A stretch of DNA of 64,000 nucleotides. It comes from Botryllus schlosseri (Eukaryota). Shown here piece by piece: positions 12,701-24,800 of this stretch (its first letter is position 1; every line of letters begins with the position of its first letter). The translations under genes and the position numbers were made by a program. The stretch lies in NCBI GenBank assembly GCA_051294905.1, contig CM119372.1, positions 186,001 to 250,000 on the forward strand, read 5' to 3'. Under the pieces are notes generated by a model. The model was not told where the DNA came from, searched no databases, and saw nothing but the letters and a program-made list of their open reading frames with translations.

Positions 12701-15700
12701 GTCTCTGTTTCGTTTGATTTATCCTCATTCTTCAATGTTTTCTGGTTTCTTGATATATGATCGAGTTTAGATTCTTATTGTTCTGAATAGGTCTTCGGAC
12801 AGTTCCATCTCGAGTTACACATATCACCTGATCTTAGAAAAAAGCGTTGCTAGCTAGGTCTTAGGCTAAGCAATCCGTATTTGAGGCATTGTTGAGATTG
12901 CCGGCGACGTTAAAAACGCATGGTTCAAAATTGCTTGGTATATCGCTAAACCCATGAAATCTTAGAAAAGGTGTTTCTCCAACCAAACGTTACTATACTG
13001 TGCGAATCTCCGCTGTTTCTGGAATTTAGCAGCAAGGACAACTTCACCTAACAAATTTCGAAGCTGCGGTTGTCTGATTCAACCGTGACAAGAAGAGTAA
13101 CAGCAATGTCAGTTAATCTTTTGTCGCGTGTTTTCAAACACGTTGCCCCGTAGACTACTTTAACCTAGCATTGGACAAAATCTACGGACATTGCAACGCT
13201 AATTGTATTGGGGTATTCTATCAGAGTGGATATATTTTTAGACGTAATGCTGACTGGGCAAACGTGGCGAGAGGGGACTAGCAAACACTATCAACTTAAC
13301 AAAGCTGACTTCTGTAACTATTGGTGCCGGGCATCAGCCATGGAAGGAAATGAGAATGGTTGATTGATTTGCTCAGAAATTACCTTGGACATGAGACTTC
13401 TTCTCATATCAATGAGAGCCCAAAGTGACAATGGCGTCTGTAAAGAAAAAGTTACCGTAGTTTTATACTTGCTCGCTCACGCATTGAAACAGAGAGTTCA
13501 GTTCTCTGGTGCAAGGGTTTGAAGGTGCACATGCCGACTTGGTAACGAATGCAATACACGCTTCATGAAGGGATTTACTTGTTCTGTCGGAAGATGACAC
13601 AATCTCACTAGAAACAGCAACTGAAAGCTTACGAACGCTGTCCATTATGCTGTAGAATGCATACAAACTAAATGCCCATACACGACTGGTAAATAGGCTA
13701 TTAGCCTAAATATAATAGTATAGTCCACAAATATACGGTAATAATGTTCTGCGGCCCGCAGCGCTTTTTGCTGTTAAAATGCGGCCCGCAACGCAAGGAA
13801 AGTTGAGAACCCCTGGTATAAGGCATGGGAAACGGACTGAAAACCTAGACTTTTTGAAAGTCGGTCAATTCTGAACAACCCTAATGTACACACACTACTG
13901 TATTTCAAAATGTGCAATTACAACGAGAACTAGAACTAGTGACTTTCCAAAAGTCGCAACTAAAACAACTCAAAACAACCAGTAGTTACTTGACTGTCGA
14001 CGAAGTAGATTGGTTAGTTGTGCAAGCCTGACCAGCCAGTAAAATTTGATTCAAACATCCCTACGGAACAATCATCGCATCACCAGGTCGCGGTACGAGC
14101 CGTTCGAGCGATCGAACTCTGAGAAGAAGTCAGAGCGCAGAGCCTTCAGGAAGAACGTCGCGAAAAACCAGCAAGCTTTCGTTCAGACCTTCCTCCAGAC
14201 CTGGGCAGATGATTTTTGACGATTTCTATGACGATTACAGGTTAGAAGCGTCGTTATAATAGGATTGGCCAAAGCCCAGTACTGGAATGTCGCTCGTTAT
14301 AACGTCGTAACATGGCAATGAAGTTTGGAAAAGTTTGAATATGTCGCCGACCTCGCAGGCTTTGGCTACTATCTACTCTTGTTTAGAGACAATGCCGTTG
14401 ATTGTATTATGATTAGCGATGGTTATGTCATGATTGTTCGACAGTGACATCACAAAACAGAACAAAATCGTGTACTAAAACGCAACTATTCATGTACTGC
14501 GAATGCAGGGTGCGTACTATACATGGGTACAGGCATTTTCCCAGCATTTATACGTCATTTTAAGGGTGCGTATTATACATGGGGGCGCACTATATTCGGA
14601 AAATGACGGTACATTGCCAGTTCTACATCACAATGAAGATATTCACTATCGTGTCGACCGTACCTATTTCGTTGCACTATGATCACGTCTTCACAGACCT
14701 GTCCTGTCCAGTAACGTGTGTAGCTTTGCACTACATGTTTCGTATGCTGCGACACGGCCAATCGAGGTTTCAAGGATTCCGCAGTGGAGAATAGTATCGA
14801 AACTATCATTTTTGTCGATGAATTAACCTCTTAGTGCAGGGGTTCTCAACCCACGGCCCGCGACATATTTCATTACGCAATTACTATTACTGGCACAGTA
14901 TCTGATTAATTTAGCTACTTAGCTCTCTTATCGCACCGTCTCTGTTTCGTTTGATTACTCATTCTTGCTTGGTATATGCTCATGCCCATATGCTCGAGTT
15001 TAGATTGTTACTTGAATCGGCATTCGGCTGGACCAGTGGTTCCCAACGTGGGCGATATTGCCCCTCAGTGGTCGATTTTGAGAAACAAGGGGCGAAAATA
15101 TTGAAGGTGGCGACTGGGCGACTAGACGCGGAAACCGACTTTCCGAGCACCTACCACCGCTTAAGAATGGCCTTAGTAATCTCCCGATTATATGTCCTAT
15201 TTTCCGTATACGTAAATATGGGGACGAAAATTTATGTCGAGATTGATGAGGGGGCGATGAGTCGAAAAAGGTTCGGAGCCACTAGGCTAGACTCTAGTTC
15301 AAGAGAATCCCGCTTCGTAGTACACTTTTAAAGAGTATGTTTCACTCACCGCGAATGGTTTGAATAGAAACAAGAACAAGTAACGGGAAATAATACTGAG
15401 GAAACTGGGTTTGTAATTGTAACTCTGCGTGGAACAATGTATTTGCTTTCTCAGATATATAAATCTAAAACCGATGTGTCATATTTGTCGAAGAATAGTT
15501 GTCGTAACGAGTCGCAGTAGCTTAAAATTATATCACGACAGTTATTTCAGAAGTTATACATATCACCTGATCTTAGAAAAAAAACATTGCTAGCTTGGTG
15601 TCAAGCCCAGCAATCCATATTTTGAAGCATTGTTACAATTGCCGACGACGTTACAGACGCGCATCGTTCGAATTGCTTGGAATATCGCTGAAACAAAGAA

Positions 15701-18700
15701 ATCTTCTTCTCATATGGCTGAGAGTTCAAAGTTCGTTTGTTTGTTTGATACTCATGACGGTGTTTCGACTGCATTGGTCATTTTACACCACACCGATATT
15801 CTTCATCTTGATTCCGTATTTACCGACTTGTATCTCGGCCCAAAGTGCTCAAAATGATAATGGCCTCTGTAACGAAAAAGTTTCCGTAATTTCATACTTG
15901 CTCGCTCACGCATAAACAGATAGTTCGGTTCTCTGGTTGAAGGGTTTGAAGGTGCATATACCGATTTCGCAACGAATGCAATGCACGCTCCATGAAGGGA
16001 TTTACTTGCGTCGCTGTAGGATACATCTTCTCCCAAAAAAAGCAATTGCAAACTTACGAACGCTGTCCATTAATGATTTTGAATGCATAAAAATGTACTA
16101 AATGCCTGTATACGGCTGGTAAATAAGCTACAGCAGCCTAAATTTAATTTTTGGCCTCAAATACAAGGAGATATTGTTCTGCGGCCCACTGCGTCTTTTG
16201 CTGTTGAAATGCGGCCCGTTATACAAGAGAAGTTGAGAACCCCTGTCTTAGTGGCTAGGAGCGTATCATTTCAGTACTCAAGAGAATCATCTCTCACTGC
16301 TCGGTTTCACTCATTGACGAAAATGTGATTTCCCCAACGCGAGTGGCATAGTACTTGACGTTTTGTGATGTTTCAATCTTTCCCCAGTAGGAAGTATAAT
16401 TTTTGTTGAAACATTAAGTTAGCTAAAATCATTCGAATTAAAACTTGATTCCGGCGCAAGTACTGGTATCGTTGTACTCGTTTCAGATTTCATTTTCATG
16501 AGAACAAGAATAGCAAGTGTCTGTACTAGAGGTCGACCGATTATCGAAATGGCCGATTATGGAGGCCGATATTTAGAGCTTTCCCGATTATCGATATGGG
16601 CCTATTAAGGCCGACATTGCGGCCGATATTTTATATTTAAAAAAATATTCAAAAATATTGGAAATTCAATGCTCCGTGTTCTCAATCTCAAGAAATCGAC
16701 GACGCAAAGGGTGATATATGACAGATTTACCCTTGCAGAACGAGTTTAATTGGGTGAGCATGCAGAGAAACTATGCTTCCTGCATTACAATCTACCTTTT
16801 CTGGACTATTCTGCAATTCTGTATCATGTTTTGCTTTTTGGGTAATCCCAATTTTCAACAAATGTGCACAATTAAGCAATAATTCTTTTCAATTTCAGTT
16901 TTCTCGTTTGTTGTTCAGCTTTCTGTGGCATAAACAAGTGCCATCTTGCCTAATATATATTATTTTTGGTGAAATTGTTCTCTGCTCCTTCCATCTTAAT
17001 ATCGGCCTATGATATCGGTTATCGGCCTTGTGAGTGTGCCGATATATTGGTATCGGTATCGGCCTGTAAAAATCAATATCGGTCGACCTCTAGTCTGGAC
17101 AGCAAGCTTGACTCGCTTCGCACGATACAGTTCTGTAGAAGTTTCAGGAAAACCAGAACTTGGAATTAATATGGGAGCATAGAAACATTTCACTAATTAG
17201 ATTATGATTAGGTGACAGGCATTTTGCTGTAATGTGTCTAATCAGACAAGCCGAAGTATGCAGCTGTCCAAATCTGCTACAGAGGACGTACGGTTTTCAG
17301 ATCAACTTCTTCAATGCAACTCGAGTCGGATCAAGTGGACGAATTTGGCTTTTTCCGCAAAGATTCCTCTCGCAGTTCCGCTGGATTCAAACGACAACCA
17401 TCAAATGACCCTGCAGCACTGGAATCAGTGCCGGACGCGGCAACGTCGCTCGCCGGAAGGCCGTCGACTCGATCCCGATTGTCTCGTAGACATTCTCAAC
17501 CGGAAAAGGTGATTTTGCGGGTATTTTCAGGAAGACTTGTACAATTCGATTTTGAAAATGTGCAACTAGAACTACTGAATTTCCAAAAACTGGAACCAGA
17601 ACTAACAAGCTTTAAAATCCGCAACTAATCAACCAAATCAAAACAGCGAGAATCAATGTGTCAGCAACTCATTCATTTTCATTTTATCAGAAACGAGTAT
17701 TTAGTTGGCCGTCAATGATTGGTACGCTCAAACAAGTCTGCACAGAATTGTCTCACTCCGGATCTTTTCCAGGGAGAGAGAATGGAAGAGAGCGACGCAA
17801 GTTATCCGTTCTCGGAGAGCGAGCGACACGTTTACAACAAGCTCAACTTGGACAGACCCAGGACAGCTTCACCCTTCCGAGGTGAGACGTTTTTCAGGAA
17901 AACCGCCTCTGGACATATCACACTGTTTGCTGGATACGGAGGATATAAAATAAAATGATATATTGGTATCGAAATGAACCCGAATATTTTTAGCTGACAC
18001 TTGTCTGGGATTATAATTGTCAGCGACTAGTAGCTAATTCAAAATTGGAATTGGAATAGTTGCTAACGATTCGGCTTTATGTCCATATGAGTATATTATT
18101 CCATTGCATACCGAAGTACTGTACCCGGGAGGTAAAATTGAAAGCCACATAACTGTTACTTGTCGTTCAGAACGAGGCCGCGAGCGGATCCGGAGTCGTA
18201 ATTCGACTGCGTCGCGAGACTCGTCAATCCCGCGAAATGGCAGCAAGAACGTGCTCTGGTACACGGGAGACAGCTTTGATGATGATCGCTTCGATTATGA
18301 GGTGAGTGCCATTTGCATTGCAGGCTTTTGCAAACTGCTGGATTTATGCGTAACTACAACTAAAACTTTTCGTAACTCACAACTAGCACTAGAACTACTC
18401 ATTTCCAAAACTCACCGACTTGAAGTATTCAGCGACACTTCAAAATCGGCTTTCCACGTGATCACCTGTACAAATTTGAAACGGGAGGTGTTTTGACTGA
18501 AAAATAAACGCCCCTTACTATTCCACTGTCAGTAGTGATGAATATGAGCGAGCATTGGCTGCAAGAACATCACACAATGGAGCAAACGACCTCGTGTGTT
18601 TTCTAGGTGTTCGGCAACTCATTTTTTACGCACTAGTGACTAGAACTAGAACAAAATTTACAACTAGAACTACTCACTGGTCTATTTTCTGAATCGAAAC

Positions 18701-21152
18701 TTGAACTACTGACTTTCCCAAATGTGCAAGTAGAACTAGAGCCACTGGAACCCACTGCCTCCATTTGTACTGGTGTTCTCCCAGAAATCTTGGAACGACG
18801 ATTCTTCTTCATATCCTCCACATACAAGTTCTTCGCTTCCGCATCAACCCAGACTCGATTCGACAACCAGCTCCAAGAGGAAGTCGGTAAGAAATGTAGC
18901 TGGACTCAAACCAGATTTTGACAACTAAATCAGGGATTCTCAACCGGCGGTCCGATTTCAGGGGGTCCACGACACCCTGGTTGGTATCCTAATTTTTATT
19001 TTATTTTTCACGAGTCACAGTCACGAGTCCGTTTCGCTTCATGACTGCCGAAACTTCCGGACTCACTGAAACAGAATGGCTGCCTGAGATACTGTGCCAC
19101 TCGTTTTAATTGCCAAATTGTCAATAACCTGCTGAGTACTAATACAAGCAGTGCTGTTTCGAGTTGTTTTGTCTGGGTTTTGGAAAATTGTCTCCAAAAA
19201 TTCATTTTCGCCTGTGATATACATAACCTCTATTCAAGTACGACTTGAAGATGAGCTGCAAGATAGAAATGGCTGGACGTGATATGTTCATTAAAATTTG
19301 TTTCTCAATCTCCGTGCCATAATGTTGCCGATCATACCGAAAGGTTTTGTCGGAAGCGTTACGTGTTATTATTACATTCGCCACCGCCAATCTTTGTGGA
19401 AATAGGCTCTTGTCCGTACCAAATCGACGGCTCGGATTTTCAAGACGCAACCGCGCACTTCAAGACATGCAGCTGCAGAGTTGGCTTTGAAATGATAGAA
19501 ATCTTCCCAATTGATGCATAAACAGTATGATGTGATTTTCATGAAAAGTCATTTTGTTGCTGTGTACCACCTGCCGTGTGCCACCGTTTTACGTCCCTGT
19601 TTGCACGCATCATTTGGATTACCGCGGTATAAGTAGAAGGTTGGTTCAGGTTTGGTGTGCCGTCAGCAATGTTCCCTCTAAGCTGCGCACGTACGCAATT
19701 GCGCAGTGCTGAAGCGGTCTCTGCGCACAGAAAATCTAAGTTGTGCACAAAAAATCCGAAGTGATGTTTTTTTTTAAGTCGTTGCGCACTGTTGTCCAAG
19801 GGACCATGCAGGCGCGCAAACTCGTGAAAAATTAGAGGGAACATTGCCAGGGGCAAATAGTGTTATCGCTAAAGTCTTACACCGAAGTAGAAGTGCGGCC
19901 CACAAAGGTAAATATTGCGCTCCATGAAGAAATGAGACTTTGCAATCACAAGCGCCTAACGAAAAATGTTTTCTTTTAGTATGGTCTCGTACGCGTGAGC
20001 GATACTGATATCATTTCAAAATCGCATTATTTTCTGAGAATGGCGAAATAACATGGTTTAACAAAGTTATAAATAACAATGGGCTAGCTCGAAGTTAATC
20101 TGCGAGAAACTAGCGCATAGTCTTCTTCGCTTGTCATGAACATTGCGTAAGATTTCCTCAGGACCGTAACTGCCGCACCCCAAACCCTCAATTAGGGGGC
20201 CGAGATCGAAGGGAGCCCAAAATTATTTTGTGAATTAATCATGGTGTATTTTTTGGAAATTTTTCGAAATATTTTTTGAGCCGCGTGCGAATTAATTTTG
20301 TCAAATATCTTAATTATTGGGTACCCTTCCCACAACAAAAAATACGCGTGATGAGAAATGGGCACTTGGGCGTCGGCCATTACCTTGCCACGACGCACCA
20401 AGACATATGAAGTTATAGGCTATGTGACATGCGACTCCGGGAAATGCGCCAAAACGATCAGCAGCGAGAAAACCTTGGCCGAAAAGGACTGCCCTATATG
20501 CTGACCCAAAACTTCGATTCATACATACAAGTTTAATTGTCCAAGTGCGTAAATGGCTGGCGCTGAATGTTCATGTGCTGGCGATCCGTCTCATGACGTC
20601 GCTCCAAGACGACTTGGCTTCAAGACGACTTGACCATGTAAATGGGCTTAATTTCACACGACTGATGACAGTTGCACGGTTGTTAAGCTACATTTGAACT
20701 GAAACTTTGAGGTCCGCGAAGACAAAAAGGTTGAGAACCACTGAACTAGATAATCATATTTGTCTATTAATTAGAGCAAAATCAAGTCTCCGATCTAATT
20801 TGTAAAATTAGAATTTCTATTCTCTCATTTTCATTCCAATCTCATTTCCGGTTTTCCTCGGGAGGACGGCCCAAGCTCGACGTAGAGACCTTGTTATTTT
20901 GATGCTTATGAATCAGCTCTGCTATATTTTGTACTGAACTTTATTTTTGTTGCATTACTTTCTGATTGGGCATTGAATTCAATCTCGAAGTCATTGCAAA
21001 TTCGGCCATTGTAATTGTGAAATCTAAAATATTTGTAGCTCTCGTTCTAATTGTAAACTAATTCGGTGAAAATTTTCACGCCGCCCAACTCGTGTTTCAA
21101 GGTGACCTTCGGCAGGAGAGCGATTCTGAATCAGGTTGGGGGTCGTCGATGA
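706..21152 (+). CDS. 10-exon gene for a ~461-aa Ser/Arg-rich, probably intrinsically disordered protein ending in a KRKSVTF (RVxF-type) motif
   Basis: Manually spliced GT-AG exons with consistent phases: 706-1004, 3783-3903, 4463-4569, 5102-5205, 14087-14240, 17301-17508, 17773-17881, 18171-18301, 18785-18886, 21102-21152 (1386 nt, open throughout). In-frame TGA at 694 precedes the ATG. The last exon uses a weaker AAG acceptor. No recognisable domain. Confidence 0.8.
1218..3655. mobile_element. Non-autonomous hAT element in the first coding intron of the + gene, with nested MITE-like pieces (~1358-2322, ~3023)
   Basis: TIRs CATAGGCGCCGACTT / AAGTCTGCGCCTATG; TSD ATTAGAAC on both sides. Confidence 0.85.
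4788..5060 (-). mobile_element. 5'-truncated 3' end of the LINE family at 56350-59761
   Basis: Near-identical to 56365-56635 (3' UTR), with a short (TTGA)n-like tail. Confidence 0.85.
5576..6542. mobile_element. hAT MITE with GACTCGAGTCAAGTCA subterminal arrays
   Basis: TIRs CAGTGTTGGGAT / ATCCCAACACTG; TSD TAGTAAAC; second copy at 51832-53860. Confidence 0.9.
6671..6987. mobile_element. hAT MITE
   Basis: TSD GGCTAAAC on both sides; degenerate CAGTxGTTCTC TIRs; related copy at ~25615-25919. Confidence 0.8.
8040..8082 (-). ncRNA. Minimal type I hammerhead ribozyme motif (mirror copy)
   Basis: Reverse complement of 8549-8591. Confidence 0.75.
8549..8591 (+). ncRNA. Minimal type I hammerhead ribozyme motif in the Penelope-like pLTR
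   Basis: CCC-CTGACGA-G(TGTCAGC)C-GAAA-ATAT-TC-GGG; palindromic helix III (AATATT); upstream GCTGAC is complementary to loop II GTCAGC. Confidence 0.75.
9600..11820 (-). pseudogene. Fragmented hATm transposase
   Basis: Motifs SLHWNGKL, KLLGI..LESATG, ALVFDTTSSN, ACRHHI, RDEYRD, FRKPGA and PESWFLF spread over several frames with stops. Confidence 0.8.
12552..13815 (+). mobile_element. Buster-type hAT deletion derivative nested in the hATm element
   Basis: TIR CAGGGGTTCTCAAC; TSD GTATAAGG; transposase remnant LSDSTVTRR...FNLALD-STDI at ~13070-13195. Confidence 0.9.
14837..16245 (+). mobile_element. hAT element of the same family as 12552-13815, with a nested MITE at 15034-15284
   Basis: TSD TCTTAGTG; the nested element has TSD GGCTGGAC/GGCTAGAC. 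Confidence 0.88.
16527..17092. mobile_element. hAT MITE with CCGAT-rich ends
   Basis: TIRs TAGAGGTCGACCGAT / ATCGGTCGACCTCTA; TSD GTCTGTAC/GTCTGGAC. Confidence 0.85.
18931..20743. mobile_element. Composite non-autonomous hAT with nested MITEs (e.g. ~19664-19848)
   Basis: CAGGGATTCTCAACC / GGTTGAGAACCACTG; TSD AACTAAAT/AACTAGAT. Confidence 0.75.
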
Positions 21153-21809
21153 ATTGTGTCACCAGTAACGAATGGCAAATCGGGAACGTCGTAACAAGAA
21201 AGTTCCAGCAGATTTGCCGATCTATTCGTTTTCATTGTGCTTCTTCATGTTTAAATGATAATAATAGCGAAATGTATATGTAAGTGAGATATGGTGCGTT
21301 CTGACGATGTTGCAAGGATAGGACGAAGGTAGTAAGGTTAGAGATTCGTTCGTCATCAAAGCGTATGATTTGAGATCTGACAGGTTTTGGCAGGGTTGTA
21401 ATGACATGAGTCATCGTCGTTAGTGAAGTAGAAGTAACGCCGCCAATTTTTACTCAGAGGAGCATCAATCAAAAAATTCTTTGGCCATACCGATTACATG
21501 ATACTTTATTCCAACTGAAGCCAATAATAGAACTTTTTTTGAAATGTTCAAAACCAAATTGGTCCGGAGGAAGGAACTCAGTTTGGGTGAAGGGCGACAC
21601 GCCGACGGGTGCGTGAAGGAGCTTCTTTAAATGAAACTTGCTGCGTTCTGTCACGATAACTTTTCAAAGCCAACGACGCGCGCCGGATGCACTGTTGCGT
21701 CACACACCTTGTCACATATCGTCAAATGTAGTTGAGGTCGAAAATGCATCAAAATGAAAAGGTTTATTCCAACATTCTCAAAATCACAGATCAATCATAG
21801 CCGCGCAAT

Positions 21810-24800
21810 TCACGAGTCTATCGCCCACGGAGCGACCACGCGATACGGGAAAGGCTGAAAGGGAATAAGGACCGTTCGAAATAGAACCGAAAACGAATCT
21901 CATGTTCGAACCTTCGCTTCGAGTTGCGCGGTTCGTTCCTTTTCCTTCGCTCGCATTTTTCTTCTCTCGTTCGCTTGCTCTTTCAACTCCCTGACAGAGA
22001 AAATGTCTTACATTTGAAAACCGGATTTCGTAGTTTTGCTCACATTCCATCCCATATGGATTATGCCTCGGAAATTTATTTTCGGTGAACTCGGCATTTT
22101 AAGGCGACTATTTCATGAAATTCCTCTCCATACCGGATTTGGACTTCGACACAAAATTATTGTTTATTATTATTTCATGTGAAACAAAACGAATTCTGGA
22201 ATTGCACATTTCCATAACAGTTTTTTTTTTTGTTTCAAAATATGCAATCTCACTTGTAGTACGACTCCACGTTCCTTGGTCTGTCCGCGGCCAGCTTCTG
22301 CGCTGTCACGTCCGACATGATGCGCTTCTGGGGCTGAATGAGGCCCGTTTCGGGGTCGCGCTGGGGCCGACCCACTTTGCCTTTGCTGAACCAGGACGGG
22401 ACGTCGCCGGGCTGTTGGAACAAAGCGGGGTTTGGGGAGGATATCTCGCGTTTTCGGGGATGCTCGTCGCTCACGGCTTGTAGAAACCTACAACTACTCG
22501 AGTCACCTTCAAAAATCGATTGGCTTGACTTTACTTGACTCGAGTCAAAATGTGCAATGACTCGAGATGATTTGTGACTCGAAGGTAGTGACTTGGTACC
22601 AACACTGCAATTTAATGAGTGACATCGTCAGAGGAACCTCGTAAAACCTCTAAAAATTGTCATTCGAATTTCAAATAGTTATCAGTCATTTTGAATTAGT
22701 CGCTAAGACGTAGGCCTATATTGTTCTTCACAAAGTAATAGTCGCATAAAATCAACTGCTAAGTAGGCCTATGCTACCCTTCGATCAAATCTACTTTTCG
22801 AAACTATCCTTAAATCAGTACTATGAACTGACTTTTCTATACCTATTTCGGGGTAGTTTTGACACGTCTTTAAAATTGTATTTCGACTTGTAATTCAGTA
22901 GAAACATACAATACTAATTCTTCTACGCAAGCCGCAAGGACAGTTTTCACAAACCGGTTGCATGATGAATTCCTTTTCTCTCTCTCTCAGACTTTGTTGC
23001 ATCACCATGCCGTCTTGCAGTTGGGACCTGAAACAAATAAAAATACCATCGAAACTACATAAACGTCGATAAATTCGCTACTCGAGTCGAATCATAAGAA
23101 TGATTACTCGATTCGTATTCGAGAACTAGAATCATTGTGCCCAGTCCTACCGATAAATCTCTTTCGCTCTGGCGCGCATCGTGGCCTCTGTCTGAGTGAT
23201 GTTTTTCCTTTCTTTGTCAATCGTGCCTTTGGTGTTCTTCACGACGTTGCCCTGGTCGTCTTTCAATGGCGCCCCGGCCCCGGGTCTCCCCCAGGGCGCT
23301 GAATTGTCGCCCCCTCGTCGAACGTCGTCGGGAGTCGCCACCCTCGGGATGTTTTCTGAAACGAGTAACCATTCGATCGACAATCTTGAATTTGGGCCAG
23401 TGCTGACTTGTACAACCCTACTAGGTTATCAAAATGCGCAACTACAACTAGAACGGGAAGTTGTTAACTAGTTGCGGATTAATAATGATCGTCTGCTCCA
23501 GTTCTGGTTGAAAGATTTCAAAATCCGGTAGTTTTTACAAGTCTTCCGGCCAAATTTTCCAACCTGTTCTGCGGGCGCCGTGTATCGTGGTCAAGTTGCC
23601 CATTCTTTTCGTCACGACTCCGCCATGGTCGTCGAACAGCGGCTCGCCGCCGCCCCCGATGTGTTTTCGCGGAAAAACCTCCCCAGGGAGTCCCGGGTCC
23701 ACGAACTCGCGAATCCCGTTTTGCCCAGCGCGAGGATATCGGCGAGCATTTCCTTGTGAATCGATTCGAGGCAAGTCTGCAATTACATAGATAGATAGAC
23801 AGACAGACAGACAAACAGATAGATAGATACCTTTCTCCCACGGATCAAACGAGTTTCCTTCGACCGGCGGTTCGGGAACGAGCTGTTGTTTCTGCCTCCG
23901 GCCTACTTTCACTTTACCTGAAATACACAGAGTAAAAGTAGTCAGCGAGGATACTCAAGTTCAAAGTAACTCAGTCAATTTCTACTCAATTACATATAGA
24001 AGTGATGATTTCAAACACGAGTCAAAACTCGAAGCCAAGAACTACACCAAGTAATGCAAGGTCTGTAAAGTACTCAGGCAAGTAGTTTCGAAAAGTAGCA
24101 TTTTAAGTTCACGTGGAAATAGAAAAGGAAAAGTCTGAAAAGTACTGGAAAAGTTTCAAAAAGTAGATTCATTTGAGGGGGCGCGTACTAATAGAAGTAC
24201 TACTAAACAAAATATGGGTATTTCCGATTTTTTTGCAGTTATCACCATTCAAGGCTATTTCAAACGGTTTTATGACACTCAAACTTATAAATGCCATGCA
24301 AACATATCTCAAAAATAATTTTAATTCTACAAAATCCAGAGTGTAATTCCAAGATAGCCTATATCTTCACGACTAGTGTAAGATGCCCAATGCCGCGAAA
24401 AATAGATAGCAGTAATATTTTCGTAAACGGTGCTACAGTTGCTTTCGATCAAAATCAGATTCAGTCAATTCTGCGCTCATAACTGGACAGAAATCCTACA
24501 GTCGCTGCCGTAAAACAATCCCGCGTCGCGCCTCAGCAAAGGGGAGCGAAGCAGAAAAATCGATCGTTGCCATTCCGTGTTTACATTTGATAATTTCACC
24601 CAATTTTCACGAGAACTTTCCTCGCAAAACTGACGCAAACTTACCCAAAACTACATCGAAAATGAAAAAATCAAGCAGTTTGGCAGAAAAACTGGTGAAA
24701 TCGAATTGGAAGGTAATAGTGTAACTGTAATCGAATAGGCAGTGCGAGTAGTCAAAACTTCAATACTCGATAAATAAACTACTACTCCTTTACCTCTGAT

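Larger units (their letters stand above)
9002..13883 (-). mobile_element. hATm-type DNA transposon (decayed autonomous copy) in an intron of the + gene
   Basis: 36-bp TIRs TAGGGTTGTTCAGAATTGACCGACTTTCAAAAAGTC; 8-bp TSD ATGTACAC at 8994-9001 and 13884-13891. Confidence 0.9.

Noticed and set aside
20842..20920. Possible extra minus-strand exon (…SLGRPPEENRK*) interleaved with the + gene
   Set aside because: The minus gene already ends cleanly at 21810, and I found no phase-compatible link to this segment.
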